Below, in pieces: positions 14,188-28,554 of a stretch of DNA of 64,000 nucleotides. The notes under the pieces are model-generated. The model was not told where the DNA came from. It saw only the letters and a list, made by a program, of their open reading frames with translations, and did not search any database. This DNA is from Adineta vaga. Lineage: Eukaryota; Animalia; Rotifera. A program made the translations under genes and the position numbers. Position 1 is the stretch's first letter. Each line of letters opens with the position of its first letter. The stretch lies in assembly GCA_021613535.1 (NCBI GenBank), contig CP075497.1, forward strand, positions 5,704,001 to 5,768,000, given 5' to 3'.

Positions 14188-15721
14188 ATGAATCCATCAA
14201 CATCATCATCATCGATGGCGCCAGTATTAGCTGATTATAATCATCGAAGTACAAATTTACGTTCAAAAATTCTAAAAAATGAAGAACAACGTTTACAACT
14301 CGAACAAAAACTTCGTTCAATGTCAAATCAAAGTTCACATGTATATCAACGTAAACAAATTCAACATATTCAAAGTTATTTTACACGATTGAATCAAGAA
14401 TCTCAACGAGCTGAACAACGTAATTTACAATTACTTAATGACTTATCACATGCTCAACAACATTTAGATCGATTACATTTTGATGTTGAACATTTAATTC
14501 ATTTAAAAAATGATTATTTAACATATCTCGAATCAAATTATCCGACTTGGCAAAAACCAAAAACAATGCGATCAAGTACGGATATTATTAATAGCAGTGA
14601 ATATGATCGTTTAGTTCAACATATGAAACAAAATCGTGAACATTTAGAAAATAATGGAAATCTTCGACAAAGTGGTAAATTACTGCACATGAGAAAACTA
14701 AACTTTCTATTGATTGATTTTTCTTTATTTTATAGTACCTCTTGTTCGTCAATCATATGATGTAGATTCATCAATGTTATTTAAACGTTATGAAGATCAA
14801 CTTCAAATTGGTTTAGAACGTACACTATCACCTTCAACACCGATGATTAATAATGAAACGAAAGATGAACATTTATTATCGGAATCTAATGATATATCAA
14901 ATGCCTTTTCACATGCAAAACGTAGTAGTTCACTTCGAATGGAATTAAGTCGTACTGGTCTCTATTTCTTACTGGATTTTATTGAAAAAGAATTTAAAGA
15001 TACATTAGATAAAAAGAAATTCTATCAATTTGATTCACCAACAATCAGTCAAAAACGTATAATACTTGATATTGCTAATGAACAACAAAAATTTGCATTA
15101 AATGATCAAGATCCTGCAACAATCTCCATGGTTATATTAGATCAATTAACATCAACAATTCGTCGTACAACAAAAAATCAATGTTTATTAACAGACGATA
15201 TTCTATCAGCAAATGTTCGAGATTTAGATAAAGATATTATTGCACAAATGTTACCTGCAGAAGATCGAACACTATGGTCAAGATTGATTGATCATTTTGT
15301 TCAATTATTAAAACTACATGTTATGGATTCTCAAGCATTAGTCAATAAATTTGCATTAACATTAGTACCAACAAATGTTTTGAATGCACATGGAAAAGCT
15401 AAGAGTCTTCTTAAACATATCATCGAAAAATTACTTCGAACACACTCATCTAGTTCAGAGAATGATACATCCATCAATAGAAATCAACCTGTTGCTCAAA
15501 TGAATGTAACAACACCATCATCATCGTCATGGTTAAACAAATTAGCAAAAGGTTCGGCATATAATGATGAAGATGAATCAATATCATCATCATCATCATC
15601 AGAAACGACACCTACAAAGAAAAGTAGTCAATCACCACGTTCAATATCATCGACTCCGAGAAGAAATATTTATAAAGACCAAGATGGCGACGATGATGAA
15701 GCGCAAGAATTCTTCACATAA
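14188..15721 (+). CDS. KIZ: Centrosomal protein kizuna
   Basis: DYNHRSTNLRSKILKNEEQRLQLEQKL...AEQRNLQLL matches the kizuna N-terminal coiled coil (DYYER...DSEKKRLDLEKKL). Conserved LSRTGLYFLLDFIE block, acidic C-terminus ending EFFT, one intron at ~14674-14735. Confidence 0.75.
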
Positions 15722-18700
15722 CAGCGTGATTGATCGATTCTGAGGTTATTTTTTGAAAAAAATTTCATTAGTTTTTGTTTGTTAAGAAAACATATCCTAG
15801 ATGTTATTTTATTAATGAAATAAAATATGTTTGTATCCAAATAGAATAAATAATAGTTAAAAGTATGGACTATAATAGGTTTCATGCATTTATATGGTTT
15901 TTTTGTTTCGAGACACAAATATTCCATAAATCGAGTACTTTTTCTTATCAAACGAAATCCATAGTATTATTGGAAAACAATGACTGAGGAAAGAGTTGAA
16001 ATTTGAGTATAGAACCTACATTAGTCATCATTTTTAACTCTAGACTGATTTCCGATGTTTTCTCTAGATAATAGACCGAAAGTGAGCCGAAAATCACTAA
16101 TTTATGTTCCAAAATAAAATGTCTTTAACTTGTTGACATCTGACATGGTTTTACGCTTGATATTCGTTTCTACAGTTCTTCTATCAAATTATTCGAATGC
16201 AACGTGAATGTATAAATATATCATGCCATCATAATACTCCATGATTTCTTTTTTGATATGGAGGAATTCAACCGATGAATTAAACATTAGCGACATCTAC
16301 ATAGAAGAAAACTGGATTGCTTTGTTAACTCACTAATCATAAAGCGCGGAACAAAACGGGCAAAAAGAGTTCTATCAATCAATTGGAATAAAAGTTTTTT
16401 TTTCATTCTTCAACTACTACAAATAATGTCAAAAGCCAAATAAAATAATGATATTATTATTGTGGACTACTTAATGAGGAAATGTTCGGTACGTACATTT
16501 TAAAACAGATTATTTTTCGCATTTATTATCGAACAAAATCTATTCAAATAAATAAGATTCATATTTGCAACTTTTTGTATCAATTGCACACATCTATAAG
16601 TTTATTACAAATGTTCGAATTCTTGAAAATATGATTAGAATGGTTTTTTTTAGTAAATCATTGTTAAATCGGTACTTGATTGAATTCTAGAAATTTGTAT
16701 TCTCAATAATTTAGTTTCTAACTTCAAATCATTCTCTTAGGAATAGATTTTGTAATGATTTCTCGTTTTATTTATAAAATTTTTCGTTAATAAGGAAAAA
16801 GTGAATTTCATTTAGAGAATTCTTAATTTAATTTACAATAAATACATATTCTTTTATTTTCCATCGTTTCTTTTCAGAGACTACAAATTCAATTAAATGT
16901 CAAAAAAAGAAAATTTATATAATCAAATTGATGCATATCTCCAAAAAGATCCCGATATTATAAATTGATAGAATGCTTACAAGTCTTGTAAGTTTTTTTT
17001 TATAACAAAAATATTAGTTTTTAGTAAACAGAACAATTGACAACGACTTAACTAACTAATCATCATTGTACTTTAACTGTGAACTTTACTCACGCACATT
17101 GCAATTGTTTCATTAGACAAAAAAGGGCATACTCGAATCTCTAAGGCTTTCGCTCTTTAAAGAAAAAAGTAAGAAAGAAAAATACTATTTATTTGCAAAT
17201 AACTTTGGTAAATAGAGAATATACCTTAGTAAGTGCAAATATTCATTTTCGAATAGGTACATTCTGGTTTATAGTGTTTTTTTTTAATGAGAATAGTTAG
17301 AATTATTCGTTGTATAAATAAGAAAATTAATTGTATGTTTTTTTTTCTACATGATTGGAAAAAAATAGTTTCGATTCGAAAATAAACATGACCTTTGTCT
17401 ATTTTCAATCCAGGGGTACTGATCAGACAATCTGTACAACAAAATATAGATCCATTCTCTTTACAAAGAAGTTTCCCGCATTCTTAATCGATATTTTTCT
17501 ATCGATCAGATGAGTAATATGAGTTTTGATGGATAAACTTTACTTGAATACTTTATCTCAATACGTGTTCGAATGAAACTTACGATTAGACATTGCAATA
17601 GCTAATCTGTTTATACTTAATGATAATCCATCCTTGGTGTCAGTTAGAATCTCGTTTACATGTACAAATAGATCATATGAAGTTTTTCTTTATCTATGTG
17701 CTTGGTTAAGCATTAGTTATTAAATTAGAGCTGATGTTTTTGCGTTCTGTTATTTCATAAATATAGTTTTTGGGTCTCATTTTCGCGAATATTTGTTCTT
17801 AGAAACAATTAGATCAACAAATCTTCACGCGATTGTTTTCGATTGATGAAATTTGATAAGAATATATATATATATAAAAGAAAATATCATCTGTCAGAAA
17901 TATTCTTCATCGTCTTAGGTAAATGTTCGATAGATTGCCTAGAACTGTCATTCGATAAAGATAAAACATATGTTGTCAATATAGAACGTTGTGTTTTCTT
18001 GCTTATTTATTTATTCTAGTTGACTTATTTGCTATGAAAGATTGTTTTTTTCCTATAATATTTATTTGTTCATCGAACTATGCCTTTGAGAGGACAGTCA
18101 AAGAGATTATATTGCGTACTTTGTAACATTTTCTTTGATTAAATCAAATTCGTATGAAATAGATTATTTCTACAATATATAATATTGAAAAACCATCGAA
18201 GAATCTTTGCATGATCTCATGAGACATATTACATATATTTTCTATTCTAATAAAAACGACTCCGTTCATTTCTGTGCATGACGTCAAAATCGTCTGTAAA
18301 ATAATGCCATTTCATAAGAGCAAATCGTATCAATAAAGCAAGAAATGGAAATTCAAAATAATCGTTATAAATTCTTTCTTTCCTGTACCTCATAGTTAGT
18401 GATGAAAACGATCGTTTATTTAACAAGAAATGTAAGATAAGTTAACAAATTATTCACAAAGTAAATTTACTGCTTTTTTGTAGAGAAAGTGAGCTTTTGT
18501 CTGAAACTATTCAGATTGTTATGTTAATCTCCATTGGTTCAATTCTTCTGTACCACGAACAGAGAAAAATAACTATCCATTGAGAAAAGAATGAGACAAA
18601 AAATTTTTTTTTTGCTTTATCGTCACGTTCATATCTGAAAATAAATATTGGTCTTTTCTCAAGTCATATTATAACTAGTCGAGAAAATCAGGTAACAACA

Positions 18701-19982
18701 TAACATATTCGAACAGTGAAAAAATAAATATGTTTACTACGTATTTGGTGAGTACATAAAAGTTGATTTAATTCGAATAATATATAATCATTCGTCTCAA
18801 TCATGATTTATTTTGAATACTAAGTAAAACGTAATCATGTGATGTAAATAAAAACAATATTAGATTTATTTAAGAGCGAGAGAGGAAAAAAAAAGAATCC
18901 TTAATAAACTGTAAATCTACATTTCTTCTTCATCAACTAATAAGAAATAGAAAGAGATTTTAAAAATTTTATTGCATTTGTACACGTTCTCTCGATATTA
19001 ATTTTTGAATGTACGCAACTATTTTTTTTTGTGTTTTATTTTTTACATCAGTTGTCCTTATCTAGAAAGCATACATTGTAATCTGTTGCGTTTAGCTTGC
19101 ATGTCAGTCAATCAATACGAATAAATGTGGGGGCGCGCACTATCGTGTCGATGGTCTCGAAAATCGACAACGATGGACTCGATAGGAAAAAAAGAACGAG
19201 AGAGGGAGAGAAGAAAAAGAAAAGATAGAAAAACAACGAAAGGAAAAAAGACGAGAAATGTACATGTCGTTGTTGTTTATCCAAGCACGTAGAAAAATAC
19301 CTCGAATAAAAAAAAGGAAAATATGTTGAAGACATAGCGCGTAAAGGTGTGATATTATGTATATCGATATATACTTTTCTTTGTAGATTCAATCATACGA
19401 TGAAGCTATTTTTTACGCTCTGCTATTTTCTTTTGTTTCATTTGGTCAATAACAAAAACAACTATGATTAGATGAGTTTATATTTTAGATAAACATATAT
19501 ATATAACATTGTCATATCTGACACCTTATATCCTCTTCTTATTCTTTGTTGATCTCTTATTCAATTAAATTTTATTTAATTATCTGTTTATATTTACCTG
19601 TTAAACTCAAATCTTCTTTTTATTTTATTCACTTATCGTCGCTTATCGCGTCGATGAGACGTTTCAATCCTATTACTTCAACGATCAAATTAACACCTTT
19701 ACATGTCAATAATCGCCTTCGAATTATATCAAATATTTCCAAAATATTGTTAAGGTTCGGTGATATTACCTAGAAGAATTTATATATTTTTATTCTTTTA
19801 CTAAAATTGAAACAAATCTAACTATAATAATTTACCTTACATATTATTATTTTTCCATTGTCTTTTATTACGTCTATTTTATCTCTATTCCATTTGTCAT
19901 TGTGACGATCTATCTATCCTTTAACCGTTAACTGATATATTGGAGAAAATTGAAAAAAACCTATTGGCAAACAATAACAATC

Positions 19983-22900
19983 ATGCAGTCGACTAACCAT
20001 CGAGACTGTTATTATGAAGACAACGAAAGAAAGCAAAAAGAAGAGAGTCCAACAACGACAATAGAAGAGATAGAAGAACGAAAAGATGAGATAATTGACT
20101 CAACGACACCTTTCGAAGCTGTGAAGAATAAAAAACGTGTCCATTATCCGCAAATAAACGCAGAACAATCAGCGATAGATCGTGAAAAAACGGATAGTTT
20201 TCAGCAAAAACACGAGACATTATCTTCAGGTATGAATGAAAGTATTAAATGAAATACAGTGGTAGTCGAACTGAGCAGTTTTCCCAGGAAGATGTGGAGT
20301 CCACATGTTTCAAACATTCTGACTCTGAACTCAATACCTCGACTGATATAAAAGGAGAACAAGAGAAGGACATATTTCAAAATTGTCAGCGACCTTCAGT
20401 TCTAGTACAGACAGCGAATCAGAATACCTTCTTCATATGATCTTGTATTAACAGACTGTATGAGTTTGATGAATAAAGTATTGATTGTTACGAACCATTT
20501 AGTCTTTGCTTAAATGACCTTGATGACAAGCAAAGAGTTCAGTTCAGTATGCCTTTAAAGAAGTGAAGTTTAATCACAGAAGAAAATATGACTTCATTTG
20601 ACGCCTATTTATAAACGAGTCTTGACAAAGTTTAGTTTTGTCTAGAACGTATTTATTTTAAATATTTTCTTTAGCCGATCTGTATTCCAAAACAAATAAC
20701 AGTAAAACTGAACAGTCAACATCCGGTGATCATGTGATTTCGATAGACAATGAACGTTGTTGTGGTTGTTGCTCACTTCGAAAGCCATTAAAGCGACGTT
20801 TAAATCGTATATTAACTCCATGGAAAGAATTTTTTGATTATCAACCAGGATGGAGTTGGGTGATATTAGTTGGTTCTTTTTTAACGTATTCTATTGGTGA
20901 AGCATTAACCTCCGTTTTTCCTATTTTATTTGTTGCTTTACAAAATGAATTTCCTGATGAAGGTCTATCACGTATTGCTTTAGTTCAATCAATGATGAAT
21001 GCGGTACCTTGTCTTTCTGGACCCATAGCATCGATAATTACAACAAGATTTGGCTACCGTAAAACAGCAATGCTTGGTGGTCTAATAACATCACTATCAT
21101 TGTTAGCAACATCATTTGCCAGACGTCTTGAATTACTCTATATAACAATGGGTACCTGTTACGCATTTGGAAATTCTTTAGTACTTGTTTCAACTGTTGT
21201 TGCAGTAACAGAACATTTTGAAGCAAAACCGTCGTTTGCATCTGGTGTAACCATAAGTGGTATGTAATAGGAAAAAAAGCTTTTCCTGTTTGACTTTTGT
21301 TTTCTTTTCAATAGGTGGAGCATTTGGTCAAAGTGTTTTTGCTATTGTATTACAAAAATTAATTGAAAAATACGAATGGCATGGTGCGATGATGTTATTT
21401 TCTGGTATCGTTTTATCAATAGTTGCATTTGGTGCTCTATTTCGAGAAGTTGAATGGGATGAAGAAGATTATGAGGAAGAAGAAGGTAAAATTTTTTCTT
21501 AATTTTTCTTCTTACTATCTTCACTCAAATTTAGATGAAGAAGAGGAAGGAACAGCAGCAACAGTAATTGAAAACGGAAATGAAACGACAACTGTGATAC
21601 CTATACCATCTGAACAAACTGAAACATTAGCTGAAACTACGCATACAGCCGTGCCTGATAAAGAACCGGAAGAAACAGTTGTTTCTAGATCATCGAATAC
21701 TCCTCCACCTACACATAAACCATCAATAACAGATGATATTTTTTTTTATGATCAATTTACTAAACAAGAATTACTTGATCAATATTCTAAATCAGAAATA
21801 TGTTTACCGTTAGCTATTCGAGAACAATTAGAAAATGAATATCGTCAACATCGTATGGACCTTGAAAAAGAACAGGAAGAAAGAAATTTTCCGGAACAAA
21901 AATTATCTTCATCAACAACACAAATTGAACAAACTGATGAAATTGATCGAGCAGCTGAAGTCCCACCGATAATGGAACGTTCAAATAGTTGCAAGTAAAT
22001 ATCTATTTAGAAAACAAACTACATATTTTATCAATCTAAAAACTCCACCATCAGATCAGTTGAACGGTTGTCGTTTTTTTTTTGAAAAATCATCAGAAAT
22101 CAATCCTACAGAATTAAACATCTAGCGAGTATTATTTTTATTTCTCTTGCATCTTATTATTTCTTTTTCTACATTATTCTTCTTCTCATCGGGTTCTATA
22201 TCCATTGCTTATTATTATTGTTATTACTATTATTATTAATATGCCATGACGATAAATATCTTCTTTTTCGATGCTGCTATTGGTCTGCTTTGATAAGAAA
22301 TTTTCATTACCTTTTTCTTAGCTGTCAGATTTTACTTCAAACGAACAAACAAACTTATTTATTAAGAAAAAATTTCATTTTCAAATTGATTTATTTTGTT
22401 TTTTTTCCTTCTTCATCATAGAGATTTACCATTAGCTGAAACAGTTCCATTAACAACTGAGAAAACAATGAATCCAAATGCTCCACCTTCAGTAACAACA
22501 ACAACTAATTCTCGAAAACCTCGTCCCAATCGTCGTCCACGTCGTTCATCAACCAATACACCACATGATCATAAACAATCAGTATTCTATTATCCACTTC
22601 ATCGTCAACATTATAATATTTCACAGCCACCTACAACAGCACCAAGTAGTACTCGTTCCCATTCAACTCATCATCATCATCATCATCATCCATTACATTG
22701 TAATCGGGGAAATCTTTCACATTTAGCATTATGTTCGAAAAATATTTATAATTATGAAAGTTTATTAAACATTTGTAAATTACAATCATTACATTTTTCA
22801 ATTGATCGTAGTTTAAGTTTACCTAATCTTTATTCACCAACTACAATTGGAAGAAAACGTCATCGATCAGTAACGGTACCTGGTAATATAGAAGATTACT

Positions 22901-23866
22901 TAGAAGATGAAGATGAAGATGAAGATGAAACACTTAAGGGCAATTTCTTTAAACAGATTTATCGTGATATATGTAAATTATTACGTGTTCTACGTATTTT
23001 ACCATTTCTTTTACTTTGTATGTGTGTTACAATGATAACTATTTTCTACGATGCTACTTGGACATTTCTTCTTGATTATATGAAACAAAATGAATTATCG
23101 TCAGAAAAAGGTTCACATTTACTTTTAGTTGTTGGAATTATTTCGATTTTTGGTGAAATTGGTTATGGATATATGGGAGATTCGAAAAGGTAATGAACAT
23201 TTCTTTTTCTTTTTGTTTATGCTGACTTTAATATACTTGTTATCTAACTATGGCAATATACTTATATATTTATCAAATAATGATAAACGTATTCAATAAA
23301 TTTTTCTCTTTATAGGATTTCTCCACTTTATATTTATGCTACTTCATTGAGTGTTGCCGGTCTTTCTCAATTACTCATTCCACTGGTCATTCATAGATAT
23401 TCACTTCTAATGCCATTAATGCTATTTACTAGTTTTTTACAATGTGCACAAGAAGTCTTAATGCCGATTTTATGTATTAAATTTGCTGGACCGCAAAATT
23501 TTACTAATGCATATGGAATGTTACTTCTCTCTCAAGGTATCTCCTCATTACTTGGACCACCAACACTTGGTAAGATACAAAATTCGTCTACATCTTCAAC
23601 TAAATCTCTTTTCTTTTTCAATAGGTTATGTTGGCCAAAAATATCTTTATAGAACAGCATATATTGTTATTGGTTGTGGCACAGCAACAGGTGCATTAAT
23701 GTTATTTACGATGCCATTTGTACGAAAATGTTACAAGATGGTAACGTTAAAATCGAACCAAAGAAAGAATAATACTTTAGTTAGATCAAGTAATGGTGAT
23801 TTACCAGCACCAGCAACAATCAGTAATTCACATAGTGGAACAATCCCTAATATAAATAATAAATAA
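19983..23866 (+). CDS. Monocarboxylate transporter (SLC16/MFS) with a large cytoplasmic loop
   Basis: GWSWVILVGSF TM1 motif, GPIASIITTRFGYRKTAMLGG, a second 6-TM half after an acidic/His-rich loop, and ...AYGMLLLSQGISSLLGPP. Multiple GT-AG introns. Confidence 0.9.
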
Positions 23867-24776
23867 ATAAGAAAGAAAGAAAAATTTCTCTCGGTTTTGA
23901 TTTGATTATGTGTGTGCTCTGTGTTCTTCTTCTTCTTCTTCTTCTTCATATTAGCTAGTCAGATAGAGCAATAGAAATAAAAACATAACACAGAAGAAAT
24001 TGAATTAGTTAAAAGAGAAAATAACCTGATGTTCTTGTGAACAGTGCTATTAGTTTCTTTTTTCAACCTAATAAAACATCATTTATTCTTTTTCTTTTTC
24101 CTTTGCTTTGGATTTGCTTTCGTTTTTCTTCTAGTGAATAGCAGAAATTTGATTCATAAAGATCTGTCCTTACGAAATGTTGTTGGTTTTTTTTCAAAAA
24201 CTTTGTTCTATTTTACATTATGAAATAAAATGAAAACCTATGTTAACATTTTCATTATGATTATTATCTTATTTTTCAGTTGTTTTTTCCTTTTGGATAT
24301 GCCCAATAGGCACTGCATTTATTTCATTGGTATTACTGCAATCTTAGATTTGTCGATGAAAATAAGTAAGATACTTTTCCTTTATCTTGTTTTATCAATG
24401 CGTACATACATTTATGTCGGCATAGAATTAGAAATCTTAATCGAAACGACTCGATGGAAATTTGTAAGAGCGGAAGAATTGTAAGGAGAACATGAAATGA
24501 TTATTTAACATTGGAAGGAAGAAAAAAACTACGACCTTCACCTGATTTTCAAAAACAACCGAGAAAGAGAGAGAGAGAGAAAGAAAGAAAGAAGGATTTA
24601 CTTCATATTTTAAAAAAAACATTCCTATAGAAGCATGTATAAATGCGGATTAAGAAAATATTTCGATTATCTGGATGAAAATTTACATCGATCTCGTTTT
24701 CTTTTTAGCTTCAACTCGATGATGCTCAATCTTTATGTCATATTAATTATTTTTACTAACTACTCTCTATTGAACA

Positions 24777-25079
24777 ATGCCAATCGACAACTGGCTTATT
24801 CTAGCTTTAACTATGATTTTTTCTTCAGTTATATTTTGTGCTCTTCTTCCAATGATTGTTCGTTTAATACTTGCCCGTCGAAGACACCGTCGTTATCGTC
24901 TTGAATTACAAGAAATATCCTGGTCAACTCCCGATGCAATCATTAATCTTCAGTCAATCTATCGCAGTATACACCCTTTAACAATTGAGAGTCTTCATTT
25001 TCATCAACACTCTATTCTATATTCTCAAATACCATTTATTGATGATTTAACTAGAGATGATGATGAGACATCTGTTTGA
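24777..25079 (+). CDS. Small single-pass membrane protein, unknown function
   Basis: 100-aa intronless ORF with an N-terminal TM helix followed by the basic stop-transfer RRRHRR. AATAAA at 25115. Confidence 0.55.
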   Translation: MPIDNWLILALTMIFSSVIFCALLPMIVRLILARRRHRRYRLELQEISWSTPDAIINLQSIYRSIHPLTIESLHFHQHSILYSQIPFIDDLTRDDDETSV

Positions 25080-25167
25080 ACATTTATTTGTTTTTTATTT
25101 ATTTTTCTGTGTAAAATAAAATCAGATAACTAAAATCTCATTAGTTTTTAGATATTCTAAACCAATC

Positions 25168-25926
25168 ATGATGGAGTTGAATCTCAATTTATTTCTTACA
25201 TTTTCTTGGCTGTTTTTATCCGCTAGTCTTCTTCTATTTGGTACATGGGTATTGATTGATTGTCAAATTAATTATTCAATAATTAATCGAATACTTCAAT
25301 ATTTCTATCTGAAAGAAAAGCCAGCAAAACAATGTGATATATCAAAATCCTATTTCATAAATTTTTATATTATTGCACTTTGTATCAATCTTATTTTGTT
25401 TCTTTTAAATTTCTCTTCTTTTTTACTATTTCTTCTTTTTCTTTTGCATATATCTCGTCGTTTATATGAATGTATCTATGTACATCAATATTCTTTTCAA
25501 ACAACGATCGATTATTTCTATTATTTTCTTCGATTATTTCATTATCCTTGTGTTGGATTTACAATTATTATTGATTATAAATATTCATCAACAAACTTAA
25601 CTATATTCAATTATTTTCTTGCATTGATTCTTTTTTTTAATGCAAGTTATATTCAATATAATGTTCATTTAACATTAGCTAAACAACTTCATTCAATTCC
25701 AAATCATTATTGGCTATTTAATTCATTTACATGTCCAAATTCTCTTGCAGAAATTGCAATTTATATTTCATTTTATATTGCAAGTTATCGAACATCAGCA
25801 ATGGCATCATTAATGCTTTGGATTTTTCTAAATCAATCTCTATCCACTCTATTATCTCATCGATGGTATTATAATCACAAATCATATTCAACAAAGCGAT
25901 GTATATTAATTCCATTTATACTCTAA
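25168..25926 (+). CDS. Polyprenol reductase / steroid 5-alpha reductase family (SRD5A3-like), divergent
   Basis: LHISRRLYECIYVH, QYNVHLTLA, HSIPNHYWLF..TCPNSLAEIAIY, NQSLSTLLSHRWY, RCILIPFIL. Intronless. Confidence 0.8.
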   Translation: MMELNLNLFLTFSWLFLSASLLLFGTWVLIDCQINYSIINRILQYFYLKEKPAKQCDISKSYFINFYIIALCINLILFLLNFSSFLLFLLFLLHISRRLYECIYVHQYSFQTTIDYFYYFLRLFHYPCVGFTIIIDYKYSSTNLTIFNYFLALILFFNASYIQYNVHLTLAKQLHSIPNHYWLFNSFTCPNSLAEIAIYISFYIASYRTSAMASLMLWIFLNQSLSTLLSHRWYYNHKSYSTKRCILIPFIL

Positions 25927-26522
25927 TTTCTCATTCCAATGAATGCAATATAGTCATAAAAATGCGCTATTTTTGTTTTTTGTTTGTAAATAAACGTTGG
26001 AGAACGAAAAAGATTCATTAATTCATAAAGATGATTTGGAAAACAAACAACATTTATCAAATATTGAAATGGGAAAATTACGAAATGTGATTAAGACAAA
26101 AGTGTCAGGAGAATACATGATCAGTGAGGAATTTAACTCTCAATTGGATTGTATGTTTATATAAAAGAAGTTCGATTATGTCTAAATAGACTCAGTTTCA
26201 TTTCAATACCAGAAATTCTATTATAGAAGGAAAAAAATGATATCCAAAGAGAAAAGGAAATTAACTCCATTACAAAGTCATAATGAAACCTAGTTCAAGT
26301 CTATTTGAATTGTTTTTTATTGTTATATGAACTATACCGGTGAAAAGTTTTGATCTTCATCATGTTAAGCTTTTGGTATACTTTGATGTTGGTTGTAATG
26401 AGATTATTCTTTGATCATGAAGAATAAGAATAAAGAGATTCATGGTTGTTATTATATCGAATTAATAATAGACAAAGCTTTCTTTCTTTTAACAATGATT
26501 TTATCTTGTTTTTTCTTTGTAG

Positions 26523-26962
26523 AATCATCTGATCTGGAACGAAATCTTTATTTAGCTGGACAGAATTTATCGAAAACTATTGTTGAAAAGATAAAAAAAG
26601 AATTAGAAGAGATTTATCAAACTGATGAATATTTTCTTGATGAAGTTGAAACAATACTTGCACCTTATTGGGAAGAATTAACTGATGAAGAAATTTCTCA
26701 AATTTTAATCGAATCATTTCAAACATTCGATAGTGAACAACAAAATTTCATTGAGAAACAAGATTTAATTCGATATTTAACTTCATTCGGTGATATGCCA
26801 TTGACTAACAAAGATTTTCAAATTATGTTTTCATTGATTAAAACTTCAAATCGATTTGATTATCAACAATTCGTAACGAAACTCTGTAGTTTGGAAAAGA
26901 AGAAGAAGAAGAAGAAGAAGAAGAAAAAATCTAAGAAGAAAACGAAACGAACGATAACTTAG
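26523..26962 (+). CDS. Calmodulin/centrin-like EF-hand protein with a poly-Lys tail (last exon; 5' end unresolved)
   Basis: ESFQTFDSEQQNFIEKQDLIRYLTSFGDMPLT...FDYQQFV is a CaM C-lobe pattern. Acceptor AG at 26521-22; (AAG)n encodes the Lys run. Confidence 0.65.
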
Positions 26963-28554
26963 AAGATATTTGCAAGATATTCTCTAGTTTCTACTTTTGT
27001 TATTGAAACTTTCTCGAAAGTACATTTGCACGAGTTCTTTCATTATTGATTCTTCTGTTTCAATGAATACTGCATGAATGCACATGTTTGAAATAAAATC
27101 TTAGAAAGAATGCAAATTACGCGGAATAAGAAACGAAGGACGATCAGTCTGAACAAAACTCTGTAATCATAAGAACCAACCTTTAATAAAGCAAATAACC
27201 GTCAAAGATATATGTTAGCTTTATTCGCACGAATGGTGCATCATCATCATCATTACTCATACGTATACAATGAGCGATGCCGACAAAAAAAAGAGGATAT
27301 GCGTTGGAAAAAAGACAGTGTTCATCATGTGTGCGTGTCTGTTCTATCAGTAATGTGATTTTTTTAGGGAAGAAAAAATTTTCTAACGGCATTAAGCTTC
27401 ACTACCTATTCGAACGTGTCTTGTCGTATATGTTTTCAATGACATTATGAGAAAAAAAATCATTTTGAACGATTTATCATTTGAGTTCATTTGTAGAATT
27501 CAGAAAGAACAAGGTAAGACAAACTTCTTTAAATATCACTCATTGATTGATAGTAATCGATTAACTTTGAAGTCGATGCGTGTTTGTATTTGCTAGTAAC
27601 ATTACTCATTGCTCATACTTTATTTATAGATTTATCTATATGAAGAGAAGAGTATTCTGCTAAGGAATGATTAAAGAGAACAATGAATTTCAGTAAGTGT
27701 AGACATGATGAGAAGTATTGAAATGAATTTTTTAATAAGTATCAATATAGAGAGTAGTGTAGAATAGACTTTCACTTGTTTGTTGATTGTCTCTCTGAAA
27801 TAATGGAGAAATCATTTGTTGTTATGAAGTTTATTGTCTTTTTTAAAACGGATATTTGAAAAAGTTATGTGGAAAATCGAAAGTTAAATGACCATCATTT
27901 CTATTCATTGGCACTCGTGCAAATGTAATTCTTATTTTGCATGTTTGAAGAGAAAAAAGTAATGAGCGAACAAACAAGTTAAAAACAGTGAGGAAATCAA
28001 AACAAAGTAAATTGGTTTTTTTCCTCTCGTATTTATATACGTATTGATATGCCCGACACCAAGTTTATTTTAGCATGGGACATGCTAATTTTGTAGTACA
28101 TCAATATTGACTTTCGAGCGGACAATAGAAACTGGAGCTAACGAAACTACCTTAGAGAAAATTCTCAATAAAAGAAATCAAAATCGAATCAATTGAGTAT
28201 TGTTGTTAGAAACGATACATTAGGAAAGGAAAAGAACCAGCGAAAGAGAGAGAGACAGAGAGACAGGAAGAACTGTGTAATTATTGAGAAAAAAAGGAGG
28301 AGAAAAAGAGAAAGAGATGCGTTCGGAATATTAGAGAGCGACGAAGAGAATTTTCTGTTTTTTGTTGTTTTCATCAAAAAGATTAACTCATATAGTCAGA
28401 GAGAGAGAGAGAGAGGGGGAAAGAAAAAAAAGAAATCATGATAATAGAGTCGTAGAATTAAAGAAGAAACAAAATCGTTTATACAAACGTACTTTGAATA
28501 CATTTATCTGACAATAGACACTATATGACTTTTTTTTATAGGCTGACATAATCG

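Noticed and set aside
15722-19982. Long gene-free interval as a possible transposon or ncRNA
   Set aside because: I found no terminal repeats, transposase/RT motifs or recognisable RNA structure by eye. The short ORFs are low-complexity. Probably regulatory or 5'UTR sequence of the SLC16 gene.
20249-20440. 63-aa ORF inside SLC16 intron 1
   Set aside because: No recognisable motif or splice support; it cannot be distinguished from chance.
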